Shown here: positions 1 to 13,400 of the stretch, one piece after another
How positions within the stretch are numbered: the first letter of the stretch is position 1
How the letters are laid out: each line of letters opens with the position of its first letter
Source: Callorhinchus milii
Lineage: Eukaryota
Assembly: GCF_018977255.1 (NCBI RefSeq)
Contig: NW_024704743.1
Coordinates: forward strand, 102,984,001-103,048,000
Reading direction: 5' to 3'
DNA length: 64,000 nucleotides
Notes under the pieces: model-generated
The model's database searches: none
What the model was told of the DNA's origin: nothing
What the model saw: the letters and a program-made list of their open reading frames with translations, nothing else
Position numbers and translations under genes: made by a program

Positions 1-279
1 TTCATTAGCTTGTTCATGATAAATATGCAGCATGACTAGATTTTCTTGTGAAAAAAAATCAATTTTACTGGCAACAAAAAGAAAAATGACTTTGAAATGG
101 ATATTTTATGCATATTATAATACTTAATGTTATCACATGCCTTATGTAAAGCTTAATACACTTTAAATTTAGATTCCTGACAGCCCTCCCAATGATTGTA
201 TTACCGTGTTTGTTCTGTACATGGAACAATGTGCAAACGTGATACAAAAATAGATTTGTGTTGTGTAGTGTTCTGATTA

Positions 280-690
280 TATAATAATAATCATTACAAT
301 TGATATAGCACTTTTCATGTTAGGAGAACGTCTCAAAGCACTTCATAGGATTCATTGTGAAGGGCAGTATTTGTAGGTGAACCCAGCAGCTGATTTGCAT
401 GCAACAATGTCCTACAAACAGATAAAAATTGAATAACTAGTTTTTTTCTGGACGCAAGGAAAATAGAGAAACACTGTTTTATTTTTGAAGAGTGCCATTG
501 GATCTTTAACTTCCACACAAACAAACAGACAGGATGTGGTTTCAAAATTAATTCTAAGGGCAGCACCTGACAATACAGTGCTCTCCCAGCATTGTATTAG
601 TGTTATCCTAGACTGGGTTAGTTCAAACACCTAATATGGAATTTGAACCCAGTCCCTTCCAACTCTTTTGTGAACTGTAGTATACCATGT
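280..690 (-). mobile_element. Old Deu-type (SacSINE1-like) SINE
   Basis: Reverse complement carries the diverged family motifs seen in many copies here (aagatccaatggcact, tttgtaggacattgttgcatgcaaatcagctgc, gaagtgctttgagac...tgaaaagtgctata). Confidence 0.7.
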
Positions 691-1149
691 CCAAACTATT
701 CAGAAAAGCTGTAGTAGCACATTGGTTTAGGAGAGGTATCAGAAAACAGCTCTCTTCTCCTGAACACTCCATTGAATCATAGATAATTATCTGCTTTATA
801 TGATCCAAATCATTTAATAATTGGAGAATTAATTGGAGTCCTAACAGGCTCAGAGGAGGTAAAAGATCAACCTCTCAAATTAGATATTTTAAAAGACAAA
901 TCAAATAATACATACAACACAATGGCACTATCAATGCCAAAAAGCAAAGCTACACAAACTATTATTAAAATCGACAAAACCAATGTTTATTTCAGAGTAA
1001 AAGTGAAGCAAAAATGGATTAATGATGTGGAAAGTTACAGGCCTTTTATCCCCTTCTTTGACTGATTAGCTTGAATCTGCTTTCTTCCACATATATTTTG
1101 ACCTTGACTTGGATATTGGCAGTATCAAAACTTGATATCGCCTATATCT

Positions 1150-2150
1150 ATGTATAAAAAATTGTGGATTATAGCAAGTTAGGAAATATAGTGAATAGTG
1201 ATGGAGGAGGGCAAGAGAGACTGAAAAAGGATTTAAACAGATTAGTGCAATGGACTGATCAGTGGCAAATGAAGCTCAATGAAAGGAAATGTGAGGTGAT
1301 TCATTTTGGTAGAAAAAACGAGGAGAGTATATAATTGCAGTGTCTTGCAAAAAGCTGAAGAGCAAATGGATTTGGAAAATGCAGGTACATAAGTCATTGA
1401 AAGTGTCATCACACGTGACAAAGGATGTAAAGAAAACTGATATCATGCTCGGTCAAAGAGTATGAAAGTAAACATTAATGCTGTGTGTATAAATCATTGG
1501 TTAGTCCGCAATTGAAGTATTAATAATAATCATAATCCTTGCATTTGATATAGCATCTTATCACGTCTTTGAGACATCTCAAAGCTCTTCACAGAATATA
1601 CTGTAAAGTGAATTAACTATAATATTTTGTGGGCAAAAAGTGGCAGCTAATTGTGCACAGCAGTGTCCCACAAATAGTCGTGGATTGAGTGACAAACTCT
1701 TTTTATTTTTGTTGAAGGAATTATTACCCCTGGAAAAGCGATCCGCCAATCGATTAACAACTAGGTTCCAACTTACTGCTAGATAAATGGAGACGTATGG
1801 AGTAAGGAAACTTGCCCAACGTTTTGTCCTGCTGGAAATCAAACCCAGGTCCTCTTACTTGCGAGGCGGGTTCTCTAACCATTAAGCTACAAGTGCCTAG
1901 TTCTAACCCCTCATTTCAAAAGATGTTAAGGCTTCAGACAGGATTCAGAGGAGATTTACTAGAATGATTCTAAGGGTGAATGGCTACCGTTGTGGAGAGA
2001 TTGGAGAGGCTGGGTCTGTCTTCATTGGAGCAGAGAAAGTTGAGGGAGACCTGATTGAGGTATACAAGACTATGAGATGTTTTGTTATGGTAAATAGGGA
2101 GAAGTTATTTCCATTGATAGGGAAGTCATTGACTAGGGGACACAGTGGCT
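1150..2150 (+). mobile_element. Old CR1-type LINE 3' fragment, interrupted by a SINE at 1522-1897
   Basis: Degenerate CR1 ORF2 C-terminal sequence (tggcaaatgaagctcaatg...tgtgaggtgattcattttggtagaaaa; ggattcagaggagatttactagaatgattc; ttgagggagacctgattgaggtatacaag) continues on both sides of the SINE. Confidence 0.8.
1522..1897 (-). mobile_element. tRNA-derived SINE, long variant (tRNA head, Meta-like segment, Deu-like segment, L2-type tail)
   Basis: Reverse complement shows an A/B-box tRNA-like head, ttgggcaagtttccttactcc...tttatctagcagtaagttggaacc, the Deu-like tgtgggacactgctgtgcacaattagctgcc, and a tail ending aaatgcaaggat(tat)n. Confidence 0.85.
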
Positions 2151-2344
2151 ATCAATGGATAGTCACAAGAATAGCAAAAGGAAAGGCATATGAAAGAGAG
2201 GGACTTGAAGGGTTATTGGGATTTTCACACGCAAAAATATATAGTCAATTCACTTTACAGTACATTTTGTGAAGTGCTTTGAGACATCTCGAAGACACGC
2301 TAAGGCCCTATATGAAATGCAAGAATTATTTTTATTATTTATTA

Positions 2345-2560
2345 TGGAAATCTCTACCCCAAAGGGCTGTAGATGCTCAGTCCTTGAACATATTCAAGAC
2401 TGAGATTGATAGATTTCTTGTGGATAAAGGGATTAAGGGATATGGGGATAAGGTGGGTAGGTGGAGTAAGAATAGATCAGCCATGATCTTATTGAACGGC
2501 GGGGCAGGCTCGAGGGGACGAATGGCCTACTCCTGTTCTTAATTCTTATGTTCTTATGTT
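2345..2560 (+). mobile_element. Young CR1 LINE 3' end
   Basis: Near-identical to 57645-57858 (ggctgtagatgctcagtccttgaac...gatcagccatgatctt...ggcggggcaggctcgagggg...aatggcctactc...ttcttatgttctt). Confidence 0.85.
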
Positions 2561-3929
2561 TTTATTATAAGGAGGAGCAATGGGATTGAAGAGATATCCT
2601 TGTTCTTTGAGCCGGTGCAGACTTGGGTGTGCCAAATGCTATCCTTCTGCACTATTTACTTTTATGTATCTATGCTACAGTAACAACAACAATAGGTGTT
2701 AGATTTGCATTTTGTCACTGGGGTTAATTTAACAGTACTTTTGATACGTAGCTCACTAACTGCACCCAGATGTCCCCACCACAGACCAAGTACACCCATG
2801 GGCTGTCTCTACCCCTTCCAAGACCCAATGTGATTTTCAGTAGTGACTCAGCAAAGCCAGGTCAAATTCATTGCACCACCGGCCTGTGATAGGATCCCTA
2901 ACTGTTAGTAGGGTACTGACCTTTTAAAGTTTAGATTCACCGAAATCCTGGTGTTATCACTGGACAGCAATTGAAGGCTATGTTTCACAAGTTCAGTGCT
3001 GTGTGCATAGTTCAAGGATTTTATAATTAAGAATTGCCGGGGCAGGGAATTGGTATATTCAGATCCAACTGATGTCTTATATATTAACTGGAATGTAAAT
3101 TGACACCAATGGGTCTTTATTACTGCATTTGACATCATGTCCGCATTTGACAGTGTAAGAAAGTGATAGAGACCAAGAACGGCTTTCATGCTCTGATGCT
3201 ACATTTAAACAAGTAATGCTCCCAAACCACTTGCAAACAATGAAGTTGCAAATTAATTCTATCTGGTAAACTATACAAGTTATTTAAACTTTGCATTGCT
3301 GTCTCACATTTACGGAATGGTTAACTAGCATTCAACTAGAAAATTTGCTGGCAAACAAAATTAAAATCAATACTGCAAAACAGAATTCTTTGATTCCAAC
3401 TCAGATTTAGTGAGGTCAGGTCCATTGTGAATGTTTTGGTATTTCTTATAAGGTTACATTTCTCTCTTTTGAAGGCAACAATTCTTTGCTGGCTCTACGA
3501 CTGCGGGTACTATGTGTCCACTGGTGGCATTCTGAGCAGGTATTCCTCCGTTCAAGCATTGACAATGAATTCTGGCAAGTAATTTGTCTTCTGGCAAATG
3601 GAGAGGGTGTTGTAGTTTGCATCAGTTGAGCCTGATCCTATCTTCACCTCAATGTAGAGTTTCATCTTAAAATGTAAGACTGTGCAAATTTGTAAATTCA
3701 GTCTTAATTTCGAACCTGGTTTCAGATTTTGCAAAATTCAGCATAATCTTGAATTTTAAGACGTCACTCTAAGGGATAACATGGTAAAACTTTGAGCTTC
3801 AGATGACCGCCAAGTACAATTTCCAGTATGAGAAAGCAAAATTGCCTCCTTGCAGCCCAGGGAGCACTGAAGCATCCTGTGGCTTCCAATCTGTAAATTT
3901 CAATCGTATGATCTGGTACTAAAACAGAT

Positions 3930-4320
3930 ATTAAAATAATAATACTCACATTTGAATAACACTTTGTCACATCGTCAAACTTTCTCAAAGTACTTCACAG
4001 GATTTTTTGCAGAGTGTAGTGATTGCGTATTTTTTGTAAGCAAGAGCAACAGCCAAATTGCATGTAACAATGTCCCCCAATAGCCTTGAAGTGACTAACA
4101 AATTTTATCTGGGGGATTGATTGTTGGTCAGGTCTCCTGGAGAAACTATCTTTGTTTTTAAAATAGTATCATGAGATCTTTAATGTGCACCTGACCAGGC
4201 TGAAGGGACCTGGGTTGTTTCATTCAATGGCTGGCACCTTTGACAACAGAGTGCTCCCCAAGTAATGCACTGGAGTGTCAGCCTGGGCTCTGAGCTCAAA
4301 GTCCCAATGTGAAGATTGAC
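3930..4320 (-). mobile_element. Old Deu-type (SacSINE1-like) SINE
   Basis: Reverse complement has ggctgacactccagtgcattact, aggtgcacattaaagatctcatgatacta, the Deu core and the L2-type tail. Confidence 0.7.
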
Positions 4321-4805
4321 CTTTACGCACTGCCTTTACTCACCACCCTGCACAACATTCACATATATTTAATGGTATTTAAGTACATCATGTATGTTAC
4401 ACCAAATATTACTCTTAAAATAGATTGGGTCGGAGGAAGTTCCCACAAAACAGGCTTCTGGCTCCTTGTTGGTGCATACTGCAAGTAGATCACTTTGTTT
4501 CCCCTTCTATGCATGTGTTTTCAGGTCCAGGCTTGAGTATTTACTTTTAGATAAGAATTTAAATAGATGACGTATGGAACAGTTTTGGAAATGTGTTCTT
4601 AAAAGCTATAAGTATTTAGCTTTTTTCCAAAATTTGTTTCCTTGTTTCGATAAAATGAACATTGTGAGATAAATCTCCCAACGGACAAAGGTAGTTTCTT
4701 GAAAACATGGCTTCACCTATTGCGGCAATATATTTATCCACCAGAGATTTCAACTATCGTATAAATTGTTAACAAAATACAGAATATGGTGTGAATTAAC
4801 TATAC

Positions 4806-4930
4806 CTTTACAGACTGGTCTGTGGTCACTCCAGGCTGCAAACACGTCAGCAATCCTTTGGCAGGTAATATTTTTGGATCCCTGTAGCACAAAATCTTCA
4901 TCACATGTGAACTGAATTGTAGCTCCAAGA
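4806..4930 (-). CDS. CSMD3: CSMD3 coding exon (about human exon 10), remainder of the second Sushi/CCP domain
   Basis: Acceptor tttctctcaatag|TCTT, donor AAAG|gtatag, 125 nt, phase 2 to 1. Translates (S)LGATIQFTCDEDFVLQGSKNITCQRIADVFAAWSDHRPVCK with the Sushi Cys and Trp residues. Confidence 0.97.
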
Positions 4931-5169
4931 CTATTGAGAGAAATTAGGAAGGTAAATGTTACTTTGCTTCTTTCAGTACACTAGGAAAATGCATAATTTA
5001 ATGAAACAAAAACAGTAAACAGCTGGTGAAGTGTTCATAATCAAAATGTGAGTGTGGGGGAATGCAACATGGCAGATGTGAGATCTCGACAACATGATAA
5101 ATTGCAAGAATTATTACATAATTGTAAATATCCCTCCAGCTCCTGGAGAACAGCTTCTCCTTTCACCCG

Positions 5170-5490
5170 ATTTAGAGTTGTCCTTCAGATTGGACATTAA
5201 ATTGAGATCCCGTCTGCATATGGGAACTTGCCCACAGTAACGATCCCATGGCACAATTCAAAAATAGAAGGAAGTTTCTCCTGGTATCCTGGCCAACAAT
5301 TGCCCAAATAAATGTAGTCATTCACTTCATTGCTGTTGGTACAACATTCTTTTGCGCAAATTGACTATTGCGTTCGCCTACAAAATACACATTCACTACA
5401 TTTTATAACATACTCTGTGAAACTCTTTTGAGATATGTCCTCCCTACGTGAAAGGCACTTTATCAGATGTAAAAATCATTATTTTATTAC
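5170..5490 (+). mobile_element. Old Deu-type SINE, 3' part
   Basis: gatcccatggcacaattc...ctggtatcctggccaacaat...gcgcaaattgactattgcgttcgcctac...gtgaaaggcactttat. Confidence 0.7.
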
Positions 5491-6319
5491 TAACATCATT
5501 TATGCTCCTCAACAATATCTTGTTAATTGCTGTTATGTGAACTAAAAACACAAATACTGTAGCAAGCAGCTTTGGACTCGACCATTATAACTGAAATGGG
5601 GGCGGGGGCGATGGGTAGCAGACTCACAGTCACAGACATCCTGTTGTCAAGTGCCTCAAAGGATACATTTTTCAACTTTGCGATAACTATCATTTGTGAT
5701 AATTTACATCAGAAATTGCAATTTTCACTCCATTATGTTTATGACAGTTGTGTGACTTTGACGTGCAAATAATAATTTCTTGTCAAATTCTGATGTTATT
5801 TTGCAAATTCATAATTGTGATCACACTCAGGGCAAGTTAGTCACTAGAACCCTGGCTGAAAAAGGATGCACAACATTTTAAATAGTAAATATTGCAGGTT
5901 TAAAATGTAATACATGAGACAAGAAAATTATTCTGATTTTCAGTGCAATGCAATTTATGCAACATCCTTCACATATCGGGAGGATATGTTAAAGCTCTTC
6001 AAAGTGCTTTCATCGTTATTAATTAATTCACTGATACTAAGTTAATAACTTAGTATTAACTATTAAAATGCAGTATTTTATTGATAAGAAAGCTTCAAGA
6101 TTTTTAAATATTTGGGATAGGAAATTGACCAGACTTTTGGTCATCTTTCCCTACCCACAGCTCAGGTGCTCAGTCAGTAGTGTTAAATATTTTGGAAAGG
6201 TACACCAGACATGAAAGGTACTCTATAGATGTACATTTTATTGTAAATGCTTACCCTTGGTGTTGGCATGAAAGCTGTTTGAGCTGCTTATCAGTTATAA
6301 AACAAAAAAATAATTTTCT

Positions 6320-6720
6320 TCACATTTAATATAGCACCTTTCATGTCGAGAGAATGTATCAAAGCAGTTCACATGATTTACTGTAATGTGTGTGTACTTG
6401 TAGATGATCATAGCAGCCAATTTGTGCACAGAAATGAGCCACAAAAGCCAAATAAGTGAATGACCAATTTTATCTGGTGTATAGTCGTCCAGGAAACCAC
6501 AAGAAACTGCCTTCTCTTTTTGAATTGTGTCATAGGATGTTTAACATTCTCCTGAACAGACAGACCATGGTTTGACATCTCATCTGAAGCATGGCCTCTC
6601 AATTAGAAATGCCATGGAATGTCAACTTAAACTATGTAAATTTAAAATCCCAACATGGGGCTTGAATCCACAATCATCTAACTCAGAGGAGAGAGTACTT
6701 TCAACTGAGCCAAGGCCTAC
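6320..6720 (-). mobile_element. Old Deu-type (SacSINE1-like) SINE with tRNA-like head
   Basis: Reverse complement head ggccttggctcagttgaaagtactctctcctctgagttagatgattgtggattcaagc, then body and Deu core. Confidence 0.7.
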
Positions 6721-7964
6721 ACCAACTTGTACAGTATTCAGATTCAACATGGACATGCACAAAAGTTGCATTATGCATTTTCTTATTTCCACTTTATAAT
6801 ATTTGAATATTCTTATGTGCAGTATCTTTCAAGACTCCATTCAGAAACACAACAGAACCACTGGTGACATTTTATCTAGTTTCTTCAAACACAATACATG
6901 AAAACGAGAATTATCAAATGCCTAGTAAATTGAGTGTGTCCCTCCCGTACCCATTCCTATTCCCCCATGGCTGAGACAAACAATGAAACAATATCACCAC
7001 CAAATTCTCCATAACAGAGATAAATCTTTCAGTAGACATTTGAACTGGAATATACTGTCCTCAGCATAATTGTGTTAAGATTGAATTTAATAAGTTAATT
7101 TTGTTCAGATACGCAAAGGCTAATTAATTAGTGACAAAATTAATGTCTCGCCCTTTACCTTTTATTAGTCATAAAGTGTAACTCAGCCATTTTCTTATGT
7201 AAACTTCAGAATAGCTTGCAAGAGTCATGGTGCAAAACAGCAACAACTTGCATTTTATATAGGGCCCTTCATGTAGGGTCTTGGGACACTCCACGGGGAT
7301 AGTGTTGGACACCAAGTGAGAAGGAGAGGGAGGGGTTTGGTGACCATAGGTGTATTCAGACAGATGGACTCTGAGGAGAGACTTAAAGACAGATAGATGG
7401 GGCGATGAGACTGGATGGTAAAAAAAGAAAAATGCAGAGTTTAGGGGTGTAGAAAAGGTTGAGATCAGGTTGACTGACCCACATAACATTTGACCAAGGG
7501 CTTTAAGCATTGTGTTATCATTACACTGAGAAACCAGCATCTACATTATGAAACCATGTTATAAGGACGCTTTTGTTTTCCAATCTTAATTTTTACTGTT
7601 GAATAGATTCTATTTGATAAACTATCTTTGTGCTTAACAAAATCCTATATTGTCTTAATATTAAAGAAACTAACTATCTTCCAAGATGAATGATTTTATT
7701 TAAAATGCAGAAAACAATAAGTTACATTTTTTAACTCCACTTTACTAAAGCAATCAAAGCTGTTCTTTCCTCAGAGATATTTAACAGATAGTGAAATTAA
7801 ACAGCTTTATGTGTACACGCAGCTGGGACACTGCAGAAATTTGACTTTGATTAAGCTTTCTATATGTTAAAAGTATAATCATCCAAAATGAGGTATAAAC
7901 AATATGTTTGTTCATTTCCTTTGTATATTTAATTTAGCAGCACATGGGGCAAGTATTAGATATT

Positions 7965-8290
7965 AGTGTGGCTCAGTTGGTAGCACTCTCCCCTTCAAAG
8001 GTTATGCATTCAAGTCCCACATTCTGACTTTGATTTTGAACTCACAGCCTGCCATTCCATTATAACACACATTGTCAGAAGTTCTGTCATTCAGATGAGT
8101 CATTAAACCAAGGTCCTGTCTGCCTGTCAGGTAGATTTAAGGATCTCTGGCATTATTGGAGAAAAGTAAGAAGTTTCTACCAGTATCCTGGACAACAATC
8201 CCCCAGATAAAATGTGTTATTCAATTCATGGCTGTTTGTGGACATCCCTATCCAGATTCTGGCTCAAATCTTTTCACAGAATTTACTGTA
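7965..8290 (+). mobile_element. Old Deu-type (SacSINE1-like) SINE
   Basis: gtggctcagttggtagcactctc...ttcaagtccca...cagatgagtcattaaaccaaggtcctgtctgcctg...ggctgtttgtggac. Confidence 0.75.
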
Positions 8291-9106
8291 AAATATAGTG
8301 TTTATATTCAGTAGGTGAACACTAGACAACTTGCTATCTTCCACAAACAGCCATGAAATGAACAATGCATTTTCATCTGAGGGGATTGTCTCTCAGGACA
8401 CAGAGAGAAATTTCCTTTTCTTTTCAACAACAACTTGCACTTATATAGCGCCCTCCAAGCAGGATAGTGTCTCAGAGCGCTTAACAATGGTGGAGCCTGA
8501 CTCTGATCCGTGGTGGGTGGAGAGTGGGAGGGTGGGGGGAGGGAGGTGGCCGTAAGCACTGTCGAAGAGGAAGGTTTTCAGGCGGGACTTGGAAAGAGGG
8601 AGAGAGGGGCTTCTGTGCCAGAGCCTTCTCTTCTCCAAAATCCCAATGCACAGTCTAGTTTTAGTTGTTATATATATATATAGTTACCAATGATTTAGTT
8701 TGCTCATTGCTTTTTAAATAAAAAGATTAAGAAAAAGAGAAGTATAATCACCGAAGGAGACATTTCAATATAGTGCTTGTTTCTACACTCACCTAACTGT
8801 TCCAACCTCATATGCCTCCCTCCCCCCATAGACCTTAGCTGATCAATTATTTTATTCCATAGGAAATATAGGAACATAAAGCTCTGGAGGACATTCAGCC
8901 CATTGAGCCCACACTGGCTCACAGAGCAAGGAGCTCAATTCAATCTCAATCCCTCCCTTATCCACATATCGTTTAAAGCACACAAGTATTAAAGAAGGGC
9001 ATGTAGGAATTAACAAGCTGTTAATTGGAGTTTTGATTTTTGAAGTATTATTGTGATTTAAACTGCTGTGGCTAAAGCAACCTACACAAGTGAAACATTT
9101 ACATAC

Positions 9107-9194
9107 CTGAAATCCAATCCAATTCTTTCTCCATGTTCTGGCTCTCCAGGATCTGGGCAGGAGTTGGATGCTTGCTTTATTCCACCCTCATTCA
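9107..9194 (-). CDS. CSMD3: CSMD3 coding exon (about human exon 9), start of the second Sushi/CCP domain
   Basis: Acceptor tttttacttgcag|TG, donor TCAG|gtatgt, 88 nt, phase 1 to 2. Translates (L)NEGGIKQASNSCPDPGEPEHGERIGLDF(S), against recalled human LNEGGIKTASNLCPDPGEPENGKRIGSDFS. Confidence 0.96.
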
Positions 9195-9829
9195 CTGCAA
9201 GTAAAAACAGAGACAAACAATGGCATTGCATTTAACGGAAATTCAAATGTCTTGAATACCATTTATTTTACCTTTCAATTCTAAATTATGCATAGTCATG
9301 AGTCAATTTGCCAGGTATGTAAGTAAATGCTTAATGTAACCATTATATCTGTCAATACAAAACTGTATCCGGCACTTAACAAAGCATTAACACAAACATA
9401 AAAACATTTATAGGCTACAGCTCTGTTCCAATGCAATTTTCAATTGTGCTAATAAACCTTCCAAAATATGTTGATTTCTTCATAATTATCACCTTCAAAC
9501 TTACTATACTGTGGTGAGTTACAATGTACTGGGACGTGACAGGGCTTTCTAAACTGCTCATTAAAACTTCCCAAAGTTCTCTTCAAAAGTGAGGAACATC
9601 AAAGATTGTGATTTACACAGTAAATCAAAATATATGTATGTAAGTTGCTAAATATGTTGTTACTGGTTTGTCCTGAAGAACACAAATAAAAGTTAATGTA
9701 TTCATCATAATCACCCATGCATTATGTGGGACTTGTCTCGTTCTTCAGTTCCATTGATCCATGCAGTGAATTTATGTCACCTGTTATGGCTGTTTCCTCT
9801 CTTCTAACTCTGATTCTCTCAAATTCACC

Positions 9830-10480
9830 AAACAAATGTGCAATCTCAGCATCTTGTACAACCCTCAGCTCTCCTATATTAGTTCTCTGACCAAGACAGA
9901 TTTTCTTCATCTCAGCCACATTGCTCTCTTCCGCCCCTATCTCACACCAAATGCCACTGAATCCCTTATTCATGCCTTTGTTACCTCCTGTCTAGGCATA
10001 TCAAACACACTTCTCACCATCTCCCTAGTTTCACCATCCAGAAGCTCCAATTTATCCAAATCTCCGCTGTCCAAATGCTCACATGTACCAAACACCACGC
10101 GGATATTACATCAGTGGTCACCAGTCTCCACTAGCTCCGTTTCCCAACATATTGACTTCAAGGTGCTTACCATCACATATAAGTGTCTTCACACCCTGAT
10201 CGTCTACCCCATTCCTGCTCACTCCCTCCACTTGGCTAACTTGGGCTAGGAGCATATCCCCCAGCCACTCGATCGAGCCATCAGCCACTATGTTCCTAAC
10301 ATCTTGAACTCTCTCCCTCTACCCCTTCATCTCAATCTGTTTGTATCTGTTTTTAAATCCCATCTTAAAACCTACCACTTCACCTCCACACACACCCTTG
10401 CTCGGCGTTCGACCCTGTCATCATGAAATGCTCTTAGACATTATCCTACACAAGGGGTCATTATGAATGCAAGTTGTTAT
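9830..10480 (+). mobile_element. Old L2 LINE 3' fragment
   Basis: Residual ORF2 peptide HIALFRPYLTPNATESLIHAFVTSCL...IDFKVLTITYKCLH is homologous to the L2 at 32497-34039. Ends in a gcaagttgttattg tail. Confidence 0.8.
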
Positions 10481-13400
10481 TGAGGTTCATGCAGTCTTTT
10501 CTTTACCCCACTCATCCCCTAACTTTTCCCTTTGTTAGACTTACTAGATAGGTATACTGGAGCAGCTCCCTTTCTGGGGCAGAGGACAACAGCTGAGTAA
10601 TTCGATCCACTAGAGGTCAGTAGACTTCTAATACTTCAAGCTGCTCCCTTACTGTTGCAAGCTCACTTTGAGAGCTCAGGCTGAATGCAAAATTGTCCAT
10701 TTTGCTAAATAACATGCTGCTAGAGTTACAGTTTCATTCTAAAATCTGGTGGATTGATTGATTGTAAGAGCATTGTTAAGCAACCCTTTTAACTTTCAAT
10801 ACATGTGAGATACATCCAAATATTGAATTGTTGCTGGCGGGTACAATGAAATTGTGATTTCAGTGTTAGACTCCTATGGAGTCATTACCTTGGGCAATCT
10901 TGAAGAAAAATGTGTTCAGTCAATTAAAAGAAACGTAGGGAGAAAAACGATGTTAGATTAAATTATGGAGGGAGTGCAGTTTCATATTTCTGGTTCCCCA
11001 GAAAAAAAATGGTTGTTCACTTCATGGTTGTTTGTGGAAAATTGTTGTGCACATATAAACTGCCACAAAATGCACAATCACTATGCTTTACAGTAAATCC
11101 TGTGAAGTGCTAGGAGATGCATCTAAGCCATGATAAGGTGTTACATCAAATGGAAAGATTATTATATTATTAAAGACTAAAGGAATATTCTGAGAAGTGT
11201 TACTTCTGCAAACGATTGTTCACATTGGATTTATGTAAAATGCAGAAACTGGTTAAAGGATTCTTTATTATCCTAATTAGCTAAAGCATTCTAATTAGGG
11301 GAGAAATTCAACATGAGTCTGGATTCATTCTATTTATTCATCATTTTAGAGCAGTAGAGGTCAACCTTCTTGGTCGGCCCCAAATATTTTTTCTTTCTTG
11401 AATTTTTCTTCATTTATGGCTCGCAGAACACTTTTGGGGCATCAAGAAGTGGCCCATTAAACCCCGCACCAGTCCGCAAGTCCAAATCAATGACTTGCTT
11501 AGGGTAGGTACCAAATCAAAATAACCATGGAGTGGAAATTTTGTTCACAGAAATCTTTAGAAAAACACTTTTAAAATTAAGGACTGTACTTAAGAATTTG
11601 TTGCATTCTGGAGGCTCTGAAATGCTACATTGAGCATGTCTAGACAACCGTGGAATTTCTCCCCATAAATTCTCTATTATTATTGTGGACTTAGCTCAAT
11701 TCAATGTAATTTTCAGTAAGAAACAAAAGGTATTTCCGAAAGCTGCACTTGGCAACTGACTGTCCCTGTTGAAAATCGCCAGTTTGTGCATTTAACTGAT
11801 TCTAGGAGGGTGGCAGTGGAGTGCAAAAATTACACTCAGCATTTTTTTTGTCAAGGAAGAGCGGGTTAATGGACAGAAGGCTACTTAGATGAAGCACTAG
11901 AGCGCGGGTTACAACTGTAGAAGCCAGAACCTTCAATAGATGAGAGGAGAATTTACAAGGAATAATGTACAGCCAAAACACGCAGATCAATGTACTTTGT
12001 TGTCATAGCTATTGGAAGTTAGTGGAATGAATGAGCCATTAATGAAGCAAACTTTGCCTGGTCTCTCACCCTAATGGCAAATTGACAACCAGAATGACTA
12101 TGGGCACTGCAAAAAGGGCTTCACCCAGCCACAAAGAGAGGATCTAAATACTTGTTCAAACATCAATGGAATTGCAGCATGCAAACATGCAGCTAAAGCA
12201 AAAACAATCATAGTTTGATGATACTAAGATCATAAGAAATATCATTGATTCAGCACACATGATAATATTTATGCTACATCCCTGTATGATATCCTTTTTA
12301 TGATTGGAGTGTTAACTCTTCTGGATTGATTCATAGTAACACAGCAAAATTTGAACTGAATGCCATTAGGTCTATGGAATGGCCCACCACAGATCATACC
12401 GTGGGTAAGTATTTCACACCTTTGCTAATCCCAACTCCGTGTCTCATCTCTTATATTTTTAATAACCAAGTATCTATACATCAACAAAATTGGAAACATA
12501 ATCACTTCAGCTGATAATAGTATCACTGTCCTTTTTTGTGTATTGATCTAGTGGTTCTTTCTTTCCTGCATTGTTTTGTTTTACTTTATTGTTTAATATT
12601 TGCACCATTTGATGACAGATTATCACATCAAATATGTTGTGAAAAGTGACAACATTCACCTTAAAAAGTACCAAGTGTATTGCATTGAACATTATAAGTT
12701 CTCTACCTCTAAATCATTGCTGAATATTGGTTGGAAAACATATGCAACACTCCAGCATAATGCTAACCTTATACCATGTCAAGGAATTAATAAGTGAAAA
12801 GGAATGCACACTTCAGAATTTCGGGTCTATGTTTACTGCTGTTTGTTCATTTTAAACTAATTGTCCTTTATTACTATGGAAAATGAAACAACATAATCAT
12901 TTATCTCTCTCGCCTTGCCAGTAAGTTTGCAATCAGTTTTTGCTTGCCAATGATGTTAGTAACAGTCTTGGCAGCACAGGTAGCTATCCTGTTCATTACT
13001 TTTTCTCATAATGTCACTTGTTTGGATGTATTAAAGTAGATACAGAGAAAATCACAATAGCTGATGAATTAACGCATACTATTGAAAATTAACATTGCAC
13101 TCCCACTCCACCCACCTTATAAGATGAACCAAAACATCTATATTTACCCCATGTATAAACTAATAGCTGTGTAACTTTATCATTAGCTTTTCAAGATTGT
13201 TCTTGTTAATCTCATTGGCTACTAAGAATTAATTTCAACCAGCAATTTTTTTGTGTCCTGCATTCTCAAAACACACGATAGACAAAGGTTCATTATCTGT
13301 CTATTTTTACATTTCTGCTTTCACTCCTAAATCACAAGATCAATGTGATAAAATACAATTTTACATTTATACATTACTTTTCACTTTGGGAGATGACTGC

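Noticed and set aside
2905..3189. 94-aa minus-strand ORF ending near a donor-like AAAG|gtcagt, considered as the next CSMD3 exon
   Set aside because: No CUB3-like sequence (expected roughly VKTCGSNLQGPSG...). The next exon appears to lie beyond the window start.
11352..11500. Possible hAT-Charlie MITE starting TTTTAGAG|CAGTAGAGGTCAACC
   Set aside because: No convincing right TIR or matching TSD.
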